Virus record (IMG/VR): IMGVR_UViG_3300044724_000572
Location: 1-34,178 of that record
DNA from: a virus
Lineage: Duplodnaviria > Caudoviricetes
Strand: one strand, 5' to 3'
DNA length: 34,178 nt
Part shown: positions 1-8,505 of the stretch, piece by piece
Layout of the letters: every line of letters starts with the position of its first letter
Position numbering within the stretch: position 1 is the first letter of the stretch
Notes under the pieces: generated by a model
Told to the model about the DNA's origin: nothing
Database searches by the model: none
What the model saw: only the letters and a program-made list of their open reading frames with translations
Program-made: the position numbers and the translations under genes

Positions 1-439
1 TAGGGTTGCCCTGTCTGGTGACATAGCCCTCACACCAACGAATAATTGTGCTTTCGCCTTTGTTAAAATACTTTCCAGCTTCCATAGCCGTCTCAAACAT
101 CTGCCCTGATACAAACCAGCGTTTGCTTGACCTGCGGTTTCGGGATTGCGTTTTACGATCCGCCCATCTGCAATTTTCAGGACTGTAACCAGCATTATTA
201 TCTATGCGGTCAATCTGCATCCCGTCAGGCTGATCGCCCATGTCAGCATAGAAGCCCTCAAAGTCCATCCACTTTTCGCAGACAGTAATGCCCCTGCCGC
301 CATAGTCAGGGTATTGCACATTTTGAGGCTTCAAGCATCTAGCCTTCATGGAAAGCCACGATAAATAAGATGGCGTGCCACACATTCCATGCTTTGGCAC
401 AAACTTCCCATCTTCTTTATTTTTTACAAATTTAGCCAA
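1..439 (-). CDS. HNH-like homing endonuclease, truncated at window start (absent from ORF track)
   Basis: Manual translation from TTG 439: [19 protein letters not shown]...[22 protein letters not shown]...[23 protein letters not shown], a classic phage endonuclease motif set. Frame is open to position 1; start codon uncertain. Confidence 0.88.
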   Translation of the reverse strand, partial: MAKFVKNKEDGKFVPKHGMCGTPSYLSWLSMKARCLKPQNVQYPDYGGRGITVCEKWMDFEGFYADMGDQPDGMQIDRIDNNAGYSPENCRWADRKTQSRNRRSSKRWFVSGQMFETAMEAGKYFNKGESTIIRWCEGYVTRQGNP

Positions 440-1049
440 GAGCCTGACCCGCAGTGAAGCCATACCACGTTGTACCCGAGTCCCGAGTAGTGAACACAAA
501 GACATCCTTCGCACTAGCAGTTGCTGTCAGAGTAGGAGCAGTAGCAGCAGGCCAGTCAACACTTGCAGGCCATGTAACTGTGTAGCCAGAAGCTGAGGCA
601 TCTTGGATGATCTCAATGCTGAACGTGTAGGACGTACCACTTGCGGGTGGGTTGCTGAATGTAAACGTGGTGTTCTCTGTTAGCGTGTGGCTAAAGCTGT
701 TGGCGTTCTCACAGTTGACCGTTGTGGCGTTGCTGGACGATGTAACCGCAGCGTAAGTTTCGTTGTAGCTGTCGGCTACAAGTTCGCCAGTAATATCTAC
801 ATTGCCTGTGTAGGTTGCACCCATTTTGGCATCAATCTGGGTTTGAATTGCAGAAGTTACACCGCTAACATAGTTAAGCTCGGCTGTCGTAACAGTCGCG
901 CCGTCAAGGATGCTTAGCTCTGCATTGCTAACGCCGCCAAGCAGCGTGTCTAAGCTGTCCCAGTTGCCATTTAGATAACCACCCCAAGCGTCTTCGTCGC
1001 CGCCTACGGTTGGCTTATTCCAAGAATAATTTGTCGTTGTCGTAGGCAT
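432..1049 (-). CDS. Tail fibre/tail-associated structural protein (205 aa)
   Basis: Start moved to ATG 1049 (TAATG overlap with upstream stop). N-terminal [19 protein letters not shown] anchor-like motif, [13 protein letters not shown] fibre repeat, beta-rich C-terminus ([29 protein letters not shown]). Confidence 0.8.
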   Translation of the reverse strand: MPTTTTNYSWNKPTVGGDEDAWGGYLNGNWDSLDTLLGGVSNAELSILDGATVTTAELNYVSGVTSAIQTQIDAKMGATYTGNVDITGELVADSYNETYAAVTSSSNATTVNCENANSFSHTLTENTTFTFSNPPASGTSYTFSIEIIQDASASGYTVTWPASVDWPAATAPTLTATASAKDVFVFTTRDSGTTWYGFTAGQALG

Positions 1050-1711
1050 TATGCGGCCCTCTCTAAGTAGTCTGCTTCTGTCCAAGTCGTTGATGGATCA
1101 GATGCGTCTGTCCATATGGTTGTCGGGTCGGGTGCGTCTTCCCATTTATATCTAGCATTCACAACAGGCGTAAACGCAATATTGTCGGAAACCGCAACAT
1201 TTCTTATCCTGATATACTCTAAATCGGAAGAAATTGAAATAGCAGCAGTAGATGAGCCAACTACGTCATAAACGCCACGCGCCGTCGTCGTAAACGCAAT
1301 TGCTGTTGAGGACGAAACATTGCGCGTAATCCCGCCAGCAACGCTAACAGAAAACGCAATGTTTGCAGTTGCGCTGGCGTCTTCCGTGCTGCGGTTCTCA
1401 CCGTAAATATAAGAGCCGTAAGTGTTTAAGCCATAACCCGGACGGAAGCCGGGGATAACCTCGTATGTAATCGCAGATACGTTTGCAATGCCGCCAAGAC
1501 TTATGCTGGCCGACGCGTCAACAATACGAACACCCGTAGGCTGTGACGCAACAAACGCAATGGACGCAGACGATGACGCTTCAACAATTGTAACGGCAGA
1601 CGCAGATACAGAAACGCCAATAGACGCAGAAACAGCGCCCTGCGTCGTCTCAGGCTCGCCGTATAACCCAGAGTTAAAAACCCCTGAGTTATATGTGGAG
1701 CGCAAGGCCAT
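1049..1711 (-). CDS. Putative tail structural protein, Ser/Ala/Val-rich
   Basis: Coupled between tail genes; YG repeats and C-terminal W-x-D-x-x-D-P-x-T-x-W repeats. Confidence 0.65.
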   Translation of the reverse strand: MALRSTYNSGVFNSGLYGEPETTQGAVSASIGVSVSASAVTIVEASSSASIAFVASQPTGVRIVDASASISLGGIANVSAITYEVIPGFRPGYGLNTYGSYIYGENRSTEDASATANIAFSVSVAGGITRNVSSSTAIAFTTTARGVYDVVGSSTAAISISSDLEYIRIRNVAVSDNIAFTPVVNARYKWEDAPDPTTIWTDASDPSTTWTEADYLERAA

Positions 1712-2097
1712 TAGCTTGCCGTAATATCAAGGTCGCCAGTTGGGATGCGAAACACATCGCCATCATTGATGGCTTTGGCAGTGTCGAGCGCAGAATGGAT
1801 AATCATGTTACCGCCAGAAGACGCGTCCATGATGCCGATCCACCCGATTGTACCCCAGTTGCCACCGCTGGCCGCTGGAAACTCAATCGACGCTGTGTTC
1901 GACGCTGTGTCGCCAGTGACACTGAATGTAGCCGAAACGCGGGCATAACCAGAACCGGACACCTCAGTGCCAGCAGTGCCAGTGTCAGTTGGGTCAGATG
2001 TAAACAAGCCGACATACCAAGCTGTCGGGCGGGTTACGCTACCAGTTGTCAACAAATACTGAAGTGTACTTGTCTCAAAAGCATTTGTTAAAGACAT
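1711..2097 (-). CDS. Conserved phage tail/virion structural protein (128 aa)
   Basis: YVGLFTSDPTD.G..GTEVSGSGYAR...N...I.FP.A..NWGTI...I.DA.SGGN motif of a widespread small tail protein; GGAG RBS. Confidence 0.8.
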   Translation of the reverse strand: MSLTNAFETSTLQYLLTTGSVTRPTAWYVGLFTSDPTDTGTAGTEVSGSGYARVSATFSVTGDTASNTASIEFPAASGGNWGTIGWIGIMDASSGGNMIIHSALDTAKAINDGDVFRIPTGDLDITAS

Positions 2098-2145
2098 GGA
2101 TTTCTCCGTTAGATATATCTGTGGCCGTTATACACCAGTTTTAGT

Positions 2146-2766
2146 CTAATAGCTAGTCACGCGCATACGGATGCCAGAACCAGCGAATCGAGTGTCATCT
2201 GACGCCCTTTGCAGCGATTGCATTGCAGCTGAATAAAGCGCAGCCCAAGTCTCAGCGCGGGCGTCGTCATTCAAGTAGGGCGCAGACTGAATTAACGCTC
2301 CATACAAGTAAACGTCAGGCGCATCGCGCAGCAGCCAGTTGTCAGCATTGCTGTCGCTCAACTCAGGCGTCTTTGCGTAATACTGGAGCTGCATTGTGTA
2401 CTCGCCATCAGGCGTTGGAAACACCTCAATCGTATCGCCAATGTTTGCGTAAAAACGCGGACGACCCGCAATGTCAGAATTGCGCTCACGATACTCAAGC
2501 ATGTCATCGCGCGAAATCAACTCAAGGCGATACGTTGTGCCAGATGTAATTCCAAAGCGTACAGTCTCAATCCAATCAGCAGGCATCTGCACATAGCGGC
2601 TGTCCAGCGTAGCATCAACGCGGTTGACCATCTTGTAATGCCGTAAGTCACGATTAATGCCTGCCTCAGTCAAACTGATAAAATCAGGAATAACCGATGT
2701 AAGATCGTCGCGGTTAAGCCAATTGGCGATGCTAGACTTTAGCTCTGCGTAAGTTGTAATTGCCAT
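2146..2766 (-). CDS. Head-tail adaptor (tail tubular protein A-like)
   Basis: MAITTYAELKSSIANWLNRDDL..IPDFI, G.PRFYA, P.PD..Y, NWLL..APDVYLYGAL motifs. Confidence 0.85.
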   Translation of the reverse strand: MAITTYAELKSSIANWLNRDDLTSVIPDFISLTEAGINRDLRHYKMVNRVDATLDSRYVQMPADWIETVRFGITSGTTYRLELISRDDMLEYRERNSDIAGRPRFYANIGDTIEVFPTPDGEYTMQLQYYAKTPELSDSNADNWLLRDAPDVYLYGALIQSAPYLNDDARAETWAALYSAAMQSLQRASDDTRFAGSGIRMRVTSY

Positions 2767-4388
2767 TACTGTAACAATCCTTGCCTTTGTTGCTCTTCAT
2801 TAGCACGTTTTTGCATTTCTTGTAAGGCTAGTAAGCCGCCGGGGGCCATAGCGCCGCTAAACAGCAATTTCTGCATTTGCCTAATCTTCTCTGCGCGGGT
2901 CATTCCGGGAATTTCATCATTATATTCAATAATTTCCGGCACGCCTTGCCGCTTTAACTTCTCAATAGCAGCTGTATTGCCTTGAGGAACCAAAGCCGCA
3001 TCAAAATCACGCAACTGAGCAACTGACCGTGGTTTGGCCTCAAAATACTCTGTCGGCATACCCTTTACTTCTTTTTTAAAGCCAGCCAACACATCTTTGG
3101 CAGCAGAAATTGCTTCGGGAGTTGCGTCTGCATAACTTACATTTTTGCCTCTGGCCAAATCTACAAGAAAGTCCTGCGTTAAAGTGTGACGGCCGCCAAA
3201 GTGCTTTTGAGCCAAATCCTCAATAGCATAATAAACGTCACTATTAAAAGATTCCTTTATATCGGCCATGTCATTATCAAGTGGGCGCAACAAACCTCTG
3301 CTGGCCTTAATCTCATCAAGGTCTTTAAACTTATCAGATGAAATAGCCCGAAGAGTGCCACCGCTAGATGTATTTTCCGAACCAGCCTCAAATGCTTTGG
3401 CTTTATTCATCCGCCTGTAAGCCTCTTCAATGGTATAAGGCTTTGGATTTACCCTTCGGCCAGAAGGCGTGTAAGGCTCTTCTGGATGAATCATGCGTTG
3501 AACTTCGCCATAGTCTGTCAAACCGCCGTAAGGTGCTAGAGCCTTTTCGGTGTCATACAGAGCCTCACCAGACTTCCTTTGAACTTCGTTTACGTAATCA
3601 CGAAATTGGTCAAAGTCTTTAGGATCAGCAATTTTGTTTGCTTTGCCAAACTGAGCGACACGCACCATATAGTCTTGATCGTCAAAACCGCTTGTGCTGT
3701 CCATCCAGTTGCTACCCATATGCCCGAAGTCAGGGTCACTCCTAAAGGCGGCTCTAGCTGCGTCCTCGTCTACAAAATCAATAAAGCCTTTATTCTGCCT
3801 GCCAGTGTAAGCATCGTTTGGCCAAACAGGTAAGTCGCGACTAGGGGCAATCTTGTTTGGGGCAAGTAGGAGACTAATGTCTCCATACTCCTCAAGAGGA
3901 AAGTTTGCGTTTGAGATAGCTAAGGACGGCATGGGTATGCCGCCAATCTCTGCCGCCGCCATCACGCCCTTTGTGTCAATGTTGTGATGAGCTATAAGAG
4001 GGGCTTCCTCTTTCGTCAAACCCTTCGGCTTCAACCGCACATTACCAAGCAGCGAACCCATCGCATTGGGATCAACCTCAACGCGCTTGGCCGTATCAAG
4101 TAAACCACGCGCACCAGACTTAACAGCCTTCGCAGCCGCGTCACCTATGCCGGGGAATAAACCCAACACAGCCGCACCGCCAAGTGCGCCGACCATCGCC
4201 CAGTTAGGGTTCTCTGACGTGGCCTCGTCGTAAATCTCTTTGGCAGCCATCGCGTCGCCAATGATCGGCGTGGCCTCAGCTATAAAGCGAGCCGCGTCCA
4301 TCGGCGTGACATTCGGCACGTCAACGGCAAGCCTGCGACCCTCGTCAGCATAGCCAGCGTAGTCAGATGGACTTAGCAATCCAACCAA
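2766..4388 (-). CDS. 540-aa modular protein: pre-toxin-like N-terminus plus polyvalent-protein-type (possible ART-fold) domain
   Basis: PIIGDA...hydrophobic segment...LFPGIGD at aa 41-83. LIAHHN..GGIPMPSLAI..YGDISL..DAYT and MPTEYFEAKPR blocks recall phage large polyvalent proteins. TTG start. ORF is certain, function speculative. Confidence 0.6.
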   Translation of the reverse strand: MVGLLSPSDYAGYADEGRRLAVDVPNVTPMDAARFIAEATPIIGDAMAAKEIYDEATSENPNWAMVGALGGAAVLGLFPGIGDAAAKAVKSGARGLLDTAKRVEVDPNAMGSLLGNVRLKPKGLTKEEAPLIAHHNIDTKGVMAAAEIGGIPMPSLAISNANFPLEEYGDISLLLAPNKIAPSRDLPVWPNDAYTGRQNKGFIDFVDEDAARAAFRSDPDFGHMGSNWMDSTSGFDDQDYMVRVAQFGKANKIADPKDFDQFRDYVNEVQRKSGEALYDTEKALAPYGGLTDYGEVQRMIHPEEPYTPSGRRVNPKPYTIEEAYRRMNKAKAFEAGSENTSSGGTLRAISSDKFKDLDEIKASRGLLRPLDNDMADIKESFNSDVYYAIEDLAQKHFGGRHTLTQDFLVDLARGKNVSYADATPEAISAAKDVLAGFKKEVKGMPTEYFEAKPRSVAQLRDFDAALVPQGNTAAIEKLKRQGVPEIIEYNDEIPGMTRAEKIRQMQKLLFSGAMAPGGLLALQEMQKRANEEQQRQGLLQ

Positions 4389-4391
4389 AAC

Positions 4392-4472
4392 TTACTTCCC
4401 GTATTTTTTCGCAAGGCATTTGCCAGCACGTTTACACGCCGCGGGGGTGGGGCAACCTTTACATGGTTTCAT
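4392..4472 (-). CDS. 26-aa basic four-Cys peptide MKPCKGCPTPAACKRAGKCLAKKYGK
   Basis: Manual translation; GAGGA RBS upstream; stop lies 3 nt before the start of the 540-aa gene. Confidence 0.7.
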   Translation of the reverse strand: MKPCKGCPTPAACKRAGKCLAKKYGK

Positions 4473-4538
4473 GTCATCATCCTCTAGCTTTTCTGCACAT
4501 TAGCACATTTATTTTTAAATGGCTATCCAAGCCGCATA

Positions 4539-4727
4539 TCACAATTCGCCCAAGTCATCCATGATCTTTTCCATGCGCGCACTCAGCTTCCAATGCCCAG
4601 CGCGCCACCTTGCTGCGTGCTGAGCGTCCTCCAAACTTAAACCTCGACCAATGTATGATTTAATCCACTGGTTCATGCGGATATTTTTCATCTTAGGTGA
4701 CAGCTTGTGGAACGGAACTGGCTTCAT
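4539..4727 (-). CDS. Hypothetical basic protein (62 aa)
   Basis: Its ATG overlaps a relic terL stop (ATGA), implying ancestral translational coupling. Confidence 0.7.
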   Translation of the reverse strand: MKPVPFHKLSPKMKNIRMNQWIKSYIGRGLSLEDAQHAARWRAGHWKLSARMEKIMDDLGEL

Positions 4728-4741
4728 GCAATACCTTTAGG

Positions 4742-4797
4742 TTGACATTATAAATCTTGCGCGCTCATTATAGTATAAAAACAATCTTAGTGGGAGG
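4742..4797 (+). promoter_or_regulatory. Putative promoter and RBS of the HNH-AP2 gene
   Basis: TTGACA 4742-4747, CATTAT at 18-nt spacing in an AT-rich tract, GGGAGG 4792-4797. Confidence 0.5.
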
Positions 4798-4802
4798 CCA
4801 TT

Positions 4803-5363
4803 ATGAATAAATCAAATATTCCAACGCCAGAAGAACTGCAAAGTGTTTTGTGGTACAGCAGCAAAACGGGAAAACTGTATTGGAGGAAACGAACCCCAGA
4901 CATGTTTGACAACAGTCAATTAAACGCTGAAAAAAGTTGCCTTGGCTGGAACAAAAAATATTCTGGAAAAGAAGCATTTAAAGTTTACAACCCAGATGGA
5001 TATAAAAGAGGAAAGGTATTTAATATGACATTCTCCTCTCACCGCGTGTGCTGGGCAATTTATTTTAACCAATGGCCAGAGCAACAAATAGACCATATAA
5101 ACGGCATAAGAGACGACAATAGAATTGAAAATTTAAGAGATGTTAGCCAAGCCGTTAACGTAAAAAATTCAAGAAAAAGAAAAGACAATACCAGCGGGCA
5201 TACTGGGGTTTCTTGGTTGAAAAATAATAAAAAATGGGCCGCAACAATAAATTTTAAGGGTCGCAGAAAGTACGTTGGCTTTTTTTACAAAAAAGAGGAA
5301 GCAATTGCAGCTCGAAAAAAAGCAGCAGAAAAATACTCATACACAAACCGGCACGGCCTTTAA
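4803..5363 (+). CDS. HNH homing endonuclease with C-terminal AP2-like DNA-binding domain
   Basis: HRVCW...IDHINGIRDDNRIENLR (HNH_3 type) and NTSGHTGVSW....KKWAATI...RKYVGFF (AP2). AT-rich and opposite strand to its neighbours. Confidence 0.92.
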   Translation: MNKSNIPTPEELQSVLWYSSKTGKLYWRKRTPDMFDNSQLNAEKSCLGWNKKYSGKEAFKVYNPDGYKRGKVFNMTFSSHRVCWAIYFNQWPEQQIDHINGIRDDNRIENLRDVSQAVNVKNSRKRKDNTSGHTGVSWLKNNKKWAATINFKGRRKYVGFFYKKEEAIAARKKAAEKYSYTNRHGL

Positions 5364-6760
5364 GCAATACCTTTCAAGTTGCGTTTAATAGATTGCTTCC
5401 AACTTGACATCGCACCAGACAATGCAGTCGCAGCGTCGCTAGCCATTGTCAGGCAAAGCGCATCCGCAAGGTCAGGCGATTTTAACCCACGCTTGCGCAT
5501 TTCATCTTTACTCTCAGCTTTCATCTTGCCTGACGATGTAAAGCTGTATCTAATCGCAGTCAGCTCCGCGAGCAGCTGGTCGTCCTTCGGCAGCTTGCAT
5601 GACCGATCCTCAAGCCAACCTTTTGTTTTAAACCACAATTCACTGCGCAGGTTCATGTGAGTCTTGCCCATAGCCGGAGCCTCGCCAACATTAATGCCTC
5701 TGACTGGCGCGCCAAGCTCGCGCAGCCTGTCAACCACACCGCCGCCAACTCCAATACTATCAACTAGTATCTCGCTAGGCCGCATAGAAGGCGGCAAGCC
5801 TTCGTATTCGGCCATAACGCGGCCAACTGTCTGCATCAAATCCAAGCCCTGCCAGCTGGTAATCTCAGTCACAACATTGCCATAACGCTTGCACAGCGCA
5901 GTTTTGTCCGTGCCAAAGCGCGCAACGTCTAAACCCCAAATCGGCTTAACGTCAGGCGTTGCTTCAATGTCACGATGGATCGCACTCTCAACCAAGTGAA
6001 ACGGAATGATCGTGTCGTCATCCGCCATAGGAAACTCGCCCAACACCCTGATTCTAAAGGCGTTGCTTTCCTCGCCGTACCTTGCGCGCATCTCGTCAAC
6101 AAACTCGTCAGACACAAGCGGACTATCTATGCACGACCAACGCCGTGTCCACCAGCTGTCAGCCATCCGCGTCTGGCTTTCGTAAAACGTGCCAGATGAA
6201 CGCGTCGGGTTGCTCAGCAAAATCGTAGTAGCAGCGTGGCCAGACATCGAGCCAGCAGCAGCCTCAAACACCTTCTCAGGCACACCAGAAGCCTCGTCCA
6301 CAACCAACAGCACATTCTCCGAGTGAACCCCAGCCAACGCCTCCGGCGTCTCCGCACGGCTTGTCCTAGCCGAAATAAAAGCCTCGCTTGGGGCCGCGTT
6401 CAACTCAACCCGGTCAGATTTAACCGTAAGCAAAACCTTCAACTGCGGCGGCAGCTCATTAATCCAGCGCTTTAGCTCGGCAAACAAAGCATCAAACAGC
6501 TGGCCACTGGTCGGCGCTGTAACAACAACCTTGTTCGGAAAACGCAGCAAAACAAACCAAAGCATAATCCAGCTGGCCGACGTAGACTTGCCCGTGCCGT
6601 GGCCGCTGCGAATGCTCACCTTGCGCTCACCGTCCGCAACAGCCCGCAGAAACTCAGCCTGATAATCGTGCGGAGTAGCGCCCAGCACCTCCTGCACAAA
6701 CAACGCAGGGTCGTCACGGTAACGCAGCACAAACTCTTCTAACGGGTTAGCTTCACTCAT
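5360..6760 (-). CDS. terL: Terminase large subunit
   Basis: Walker A SGHGTGKS, Walker B VVDEASG, SNP motif, nuclease GLDVARFGTD and SPDLADAL. Start set at ATG 6760 (MSEANPL), overlapping the terS end. Confidence 0.96.
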   Translation of the reverse strand: MSEANPLEEFVLRYRDDPALFVQEVLGATPHDYQAEFLRAVADGERKVSIRSGHGTGKSTSASWIMLWFVLLRFPNKVVVTAPTSGQLFDALFAELKRWINELPPQLKVLLTVKSDRVELNAAPSEAFISARTSRAETPEALAGVHSENVLLVVDEASGVPEKVFEAAAGSMSGHAATTILLSNPTRSSGTFYESQTRMADSWWTRRWSCIDSPLVSDEFVDEMRARYGEESNAFRIRVLGEFPMADDDTIIPFHLVESAIHRDIEATPDVKPIWGLDVARFGTDKTALCKRYGNVVTEITSWQGLDLMQTVGRVMAEYEGLPPSMRPSEILVDSIGVGGGVVDRLRELGAPVRGINVGEAPAMGKTHMNLRSELWFKTKGWLEDRSCKLPKDDQLLAELTAIRYSFTSSGKMKAESKDEMRKRGLKSPDLADALCLTMASDAATALSGAMSSWKQSIKRNLKGIA

Positions 6761-7253
6761 CTGTGACATCCTCGTAATCCGCGTCAATAGCCATCGCCTC
6801 ACGCTGGCGATCCTCAGCGTTAATCTGAGCCAAGTCAGCATTAACCTTGCGTAACGCGTCCAAGTGCATGTCGCTCACGCTAATCGTAACGTTGGTCTGA
6901 GGCCGATTGCCGTAACGCTCCTGATTATACGAGCCAGCCATAAACTTGCGCCACTGCACCTTCTCACGCGTGGCAGCAATCTCCTGCGTTGAGCTGCCGC
7001 CATCTAACGCGTCAACCATCTCCAAGCCCTGCTCAACCAACGCGTCAGCTGCCGTCAACTTGGCATTCTCCAGCGCCGTCTTGTACTCCGGCACAGTATG
7101 CAAACTGTTGCGCAAATATTCCCGACTGCACTCAAACTCCTTCGCCATCGCCGTCAGCGTAGTGCCAGACGATAAGCGATCAAATATATACTCAGCGCCG
7201 CCGTTCTTGGCGACATCAGCCAAAATGCGCTTGCGTAAAGCCTTCCCAGCCAT
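6753..7253 (-). CDS. terS: Terminase small subunit
   Basis: Directly upstream of terL. N-terminal HTH (GTTLTAMAKEFECSREYL), helical core, W..G..N.ERYG motif. Start MAGKALR with GGGAG RBS. Confidence 0.82.
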   Translation of the reverse strand: MAGKALRKRILADVAKNGGAEYIFDRLSSGTTLTAMAKEFECSREYLRNSLHTVPEYKTALENAKLTAADALVEQGLEMVDALDGGSSTQEIAATREKVQWRKFMAGSYNQERYGNRPQTNVTISVSDMHLDALRKVNADLAQINAEDRQREAMAIDADYEDVTDE

Positions 7254-7276
7254 CGTGGTAACTCCCGTTTTTTTAA

Positions 7277-7306
7277 ATTTTACTCTGAGTGAGCATCGGT
7301 TGGCAA
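7277..7306 (-). promoter_or_regulatory. Sigma70-like promoter for the terS/terL operon
   Basis: TTGCCA (7306-7301) N18 TAAAAT (7282-7277). Confidence 0.6.
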
Positions 7307-7323
7307 GAGGGGGCCGGGGGGGC

Positions 7324-7920
7324 TTAAATGTAACCGTACCCAGCCTCACCATCGCGGCACTTTCGCTGAACCGTGCCAGCGGCAAGCCCATGCGCGTCAG
7401 CGGCCAACGCGGCAGAAGCAAATTCACCCAGCGGCGTAAATACTGCGCGAGCGCGAGGATGGCTCGCTCGATCACGCAAGTGGTCAGCGCGTCCGGGCCG
7501 ACGCCGACCCTTCGCATCCATGTCAGCCGTGTTGTCCTTGTAGCTACCGCCGCGGAGGTGGGCCAAATTGCAGCAACTCGGGTTATCGCATGTGTGCATC
7601 ACAACATCATGGAAGCCATTGCCCGCGAGGCGGTAAACCATTCGGTGAGCCAAGACCGAGCGGTCCATAGCATTAAACATACCGTAGCCACCCTTCGTCT
7701 TGCCGCCCGTCCACTCATGGCAGCCGTCGCTTGACACATCAATCTTGCTCGTAAACCTATGCTGCCAGAGCTGCTTATTCGCCAGCGCTAGAGCCTCGCT
7801 CTCACCACGCGGGCGGCGAAACTCTAAGCCACCCTTCTGCTGAATGCGGCGCGCACGCATATAACAGGCCGAACAAAGCCCGCGCGACATGACATCATCT
7901 CGATCACAATTACTGCACAT
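7324..7920 (-). CDS. HNH endonuclease with N-terminal CxxC..CxxC
   Basis: CHEWTG....GYG...LAHRMVY...VMHTCDNPSCCNLAHL motif; GGAGG RBS. Confidence 0.92.
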   Translation of the reverse strand: MCSNCDRDDVMSRGLCSACYMRARRIQQKGGLEFRRPRGESEALALANKQLWQHRFTSKIDVSSDGCHEWTGGKTKGGYGMFNAMDRSVLAHRMVYRLAGNGFHDVVMHTCDNPSCCNLAHLRGGSYKDNTADMDAKGRRRPGRADHLRDRASHPRARAVFTPLGEFASAALAADAHGLAAGTVQRKCRDGEAGYGYI

Positions 7921-7939
7921 TTGACATATCCTCCATCTG

Positions 7940-8073
7940 GTGTCGCTTAACAGTTAATTGTTTTGGAATAGGTGGTCAACATTTTTTTCGCGAGCGTGTG
8001 TGCGGAAAACTACACACACACTCCCCCGTCGAAACATTGACCGGGGAGGGCTATTTTGAGTGTCGTTTAACAG
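7940..8073. repeat. 14-bp direct repeat GTGTCG(C/T)TTAACAG bracketing two adjacent hairpins
   Basis: Copies at 7940-7953 and 8060-8073; hairpins at 7996-8019 and 8021-8048. Confidence 0.75.
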
Positions 8074-8171
8074 AAAAATGCCATAATCCATCATATGTAA
8101 AGTCATGCCGCTAATGTTTACAGTGACTTAGCTTGTTTCGGCGTTATTGTTAACTGCGCCAGCACCAGCAA

Positions 8172-8187
8172 ACACAACATGTAGTAT
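8172..8187. promoter_or_regulatory. NrdR-box-like site ACACAACATGTAGTAT
   Basis: Resembles the NrdR consensus acaCwAtATaTwGtg; single copy, intergenic. Confidence 0.4.
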
Positions 8188-8197
8188 TGAGGACTTG

Positions 8198-8219
8198 TAA
8201 TTGAACGCTTGTTCAATTA
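8198..8219. repeat. Perfect 9-bp inverted repeat TAATTGAAC-gctt-GTTCAATTA
   Basis: Read directly from sequence; function unknown. Confidence 0.85.
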
Positions 8220-8295
8220 AGCGAGCGCACCCGGCGCGTCGATGCCAACCAGTGTCGCGGAGAGCTTCACCCCTCACACTCACGCACAGCCTCGC

Positions 8296-8505
8296 TCAGT
8301 GTATGGTATCATTCACCCCGGCCATCAGCCCTGCATCTTCCCCAAGCTCAAGTAGAGCCTCCACCATTGCCTGCACGATGCGCTGCATGTCTGCTCCATG
8401 ATTGAGCCGCTCCGCAACGTACTCTGCCAGCCATGTAAACTCTGCCTCCGCTGCGTCATCATCTTCGCACGCTACGTCAAGGCTCATTCTAATCCTGTGC
8501 GACAT
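8296..8505 (-). CDS. Hypothetical acidic protein (69 aa)
   Basis: GAGGT RBS, co-oriented with neighbours. Confidence 0.7.
   Translation of the reverse strand: MSHRIRMSLDVACEDDDAAEAEFTWLAEYVAERLNHGADMQRIVQAMVEALLELGEDAGLMAGVNDTIH

Larger units (their letters stand above)
4728..5374. repeat. 11-bp direct repeat GCAATACCTTT (4728-4738 and 5364-5374) flanking the HNH-AP2 cassette
   Basis: Exact match read from sequence; both copies encode K-G-I-A on the - strand. Confidence 0.9.

Noticed and set aside
6761-7517. N-terminal extensions of TerL (to 6841) and TerS (to 7517) in the ORF track
   Set aside because: They overlap other genes; downstream ATGs have RBS or coupling support.
6946-7734. 262-aa + strand ORF, and similar long antisense ORFs (17497-18090, 21063-21656, 23183-23785, 27287-27889)
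   Set aside because: Shadows of well-supported - strand genes; Ser/Ala/Arg-rich, no motifs or RBS.
7921-7950. TTGACA on the + strand
   Set aside because: No -10 at 16-18 nt spacing and no downstream gene.
8203-8214. GAAC-N4-GTTC, resembling a Gram-positive LexA box
   Set aside because: It is the core of a longer palindrome; the likely alphaproteobacterial host uses GTTC-N7-GTTC, and no lysogeny module is present.
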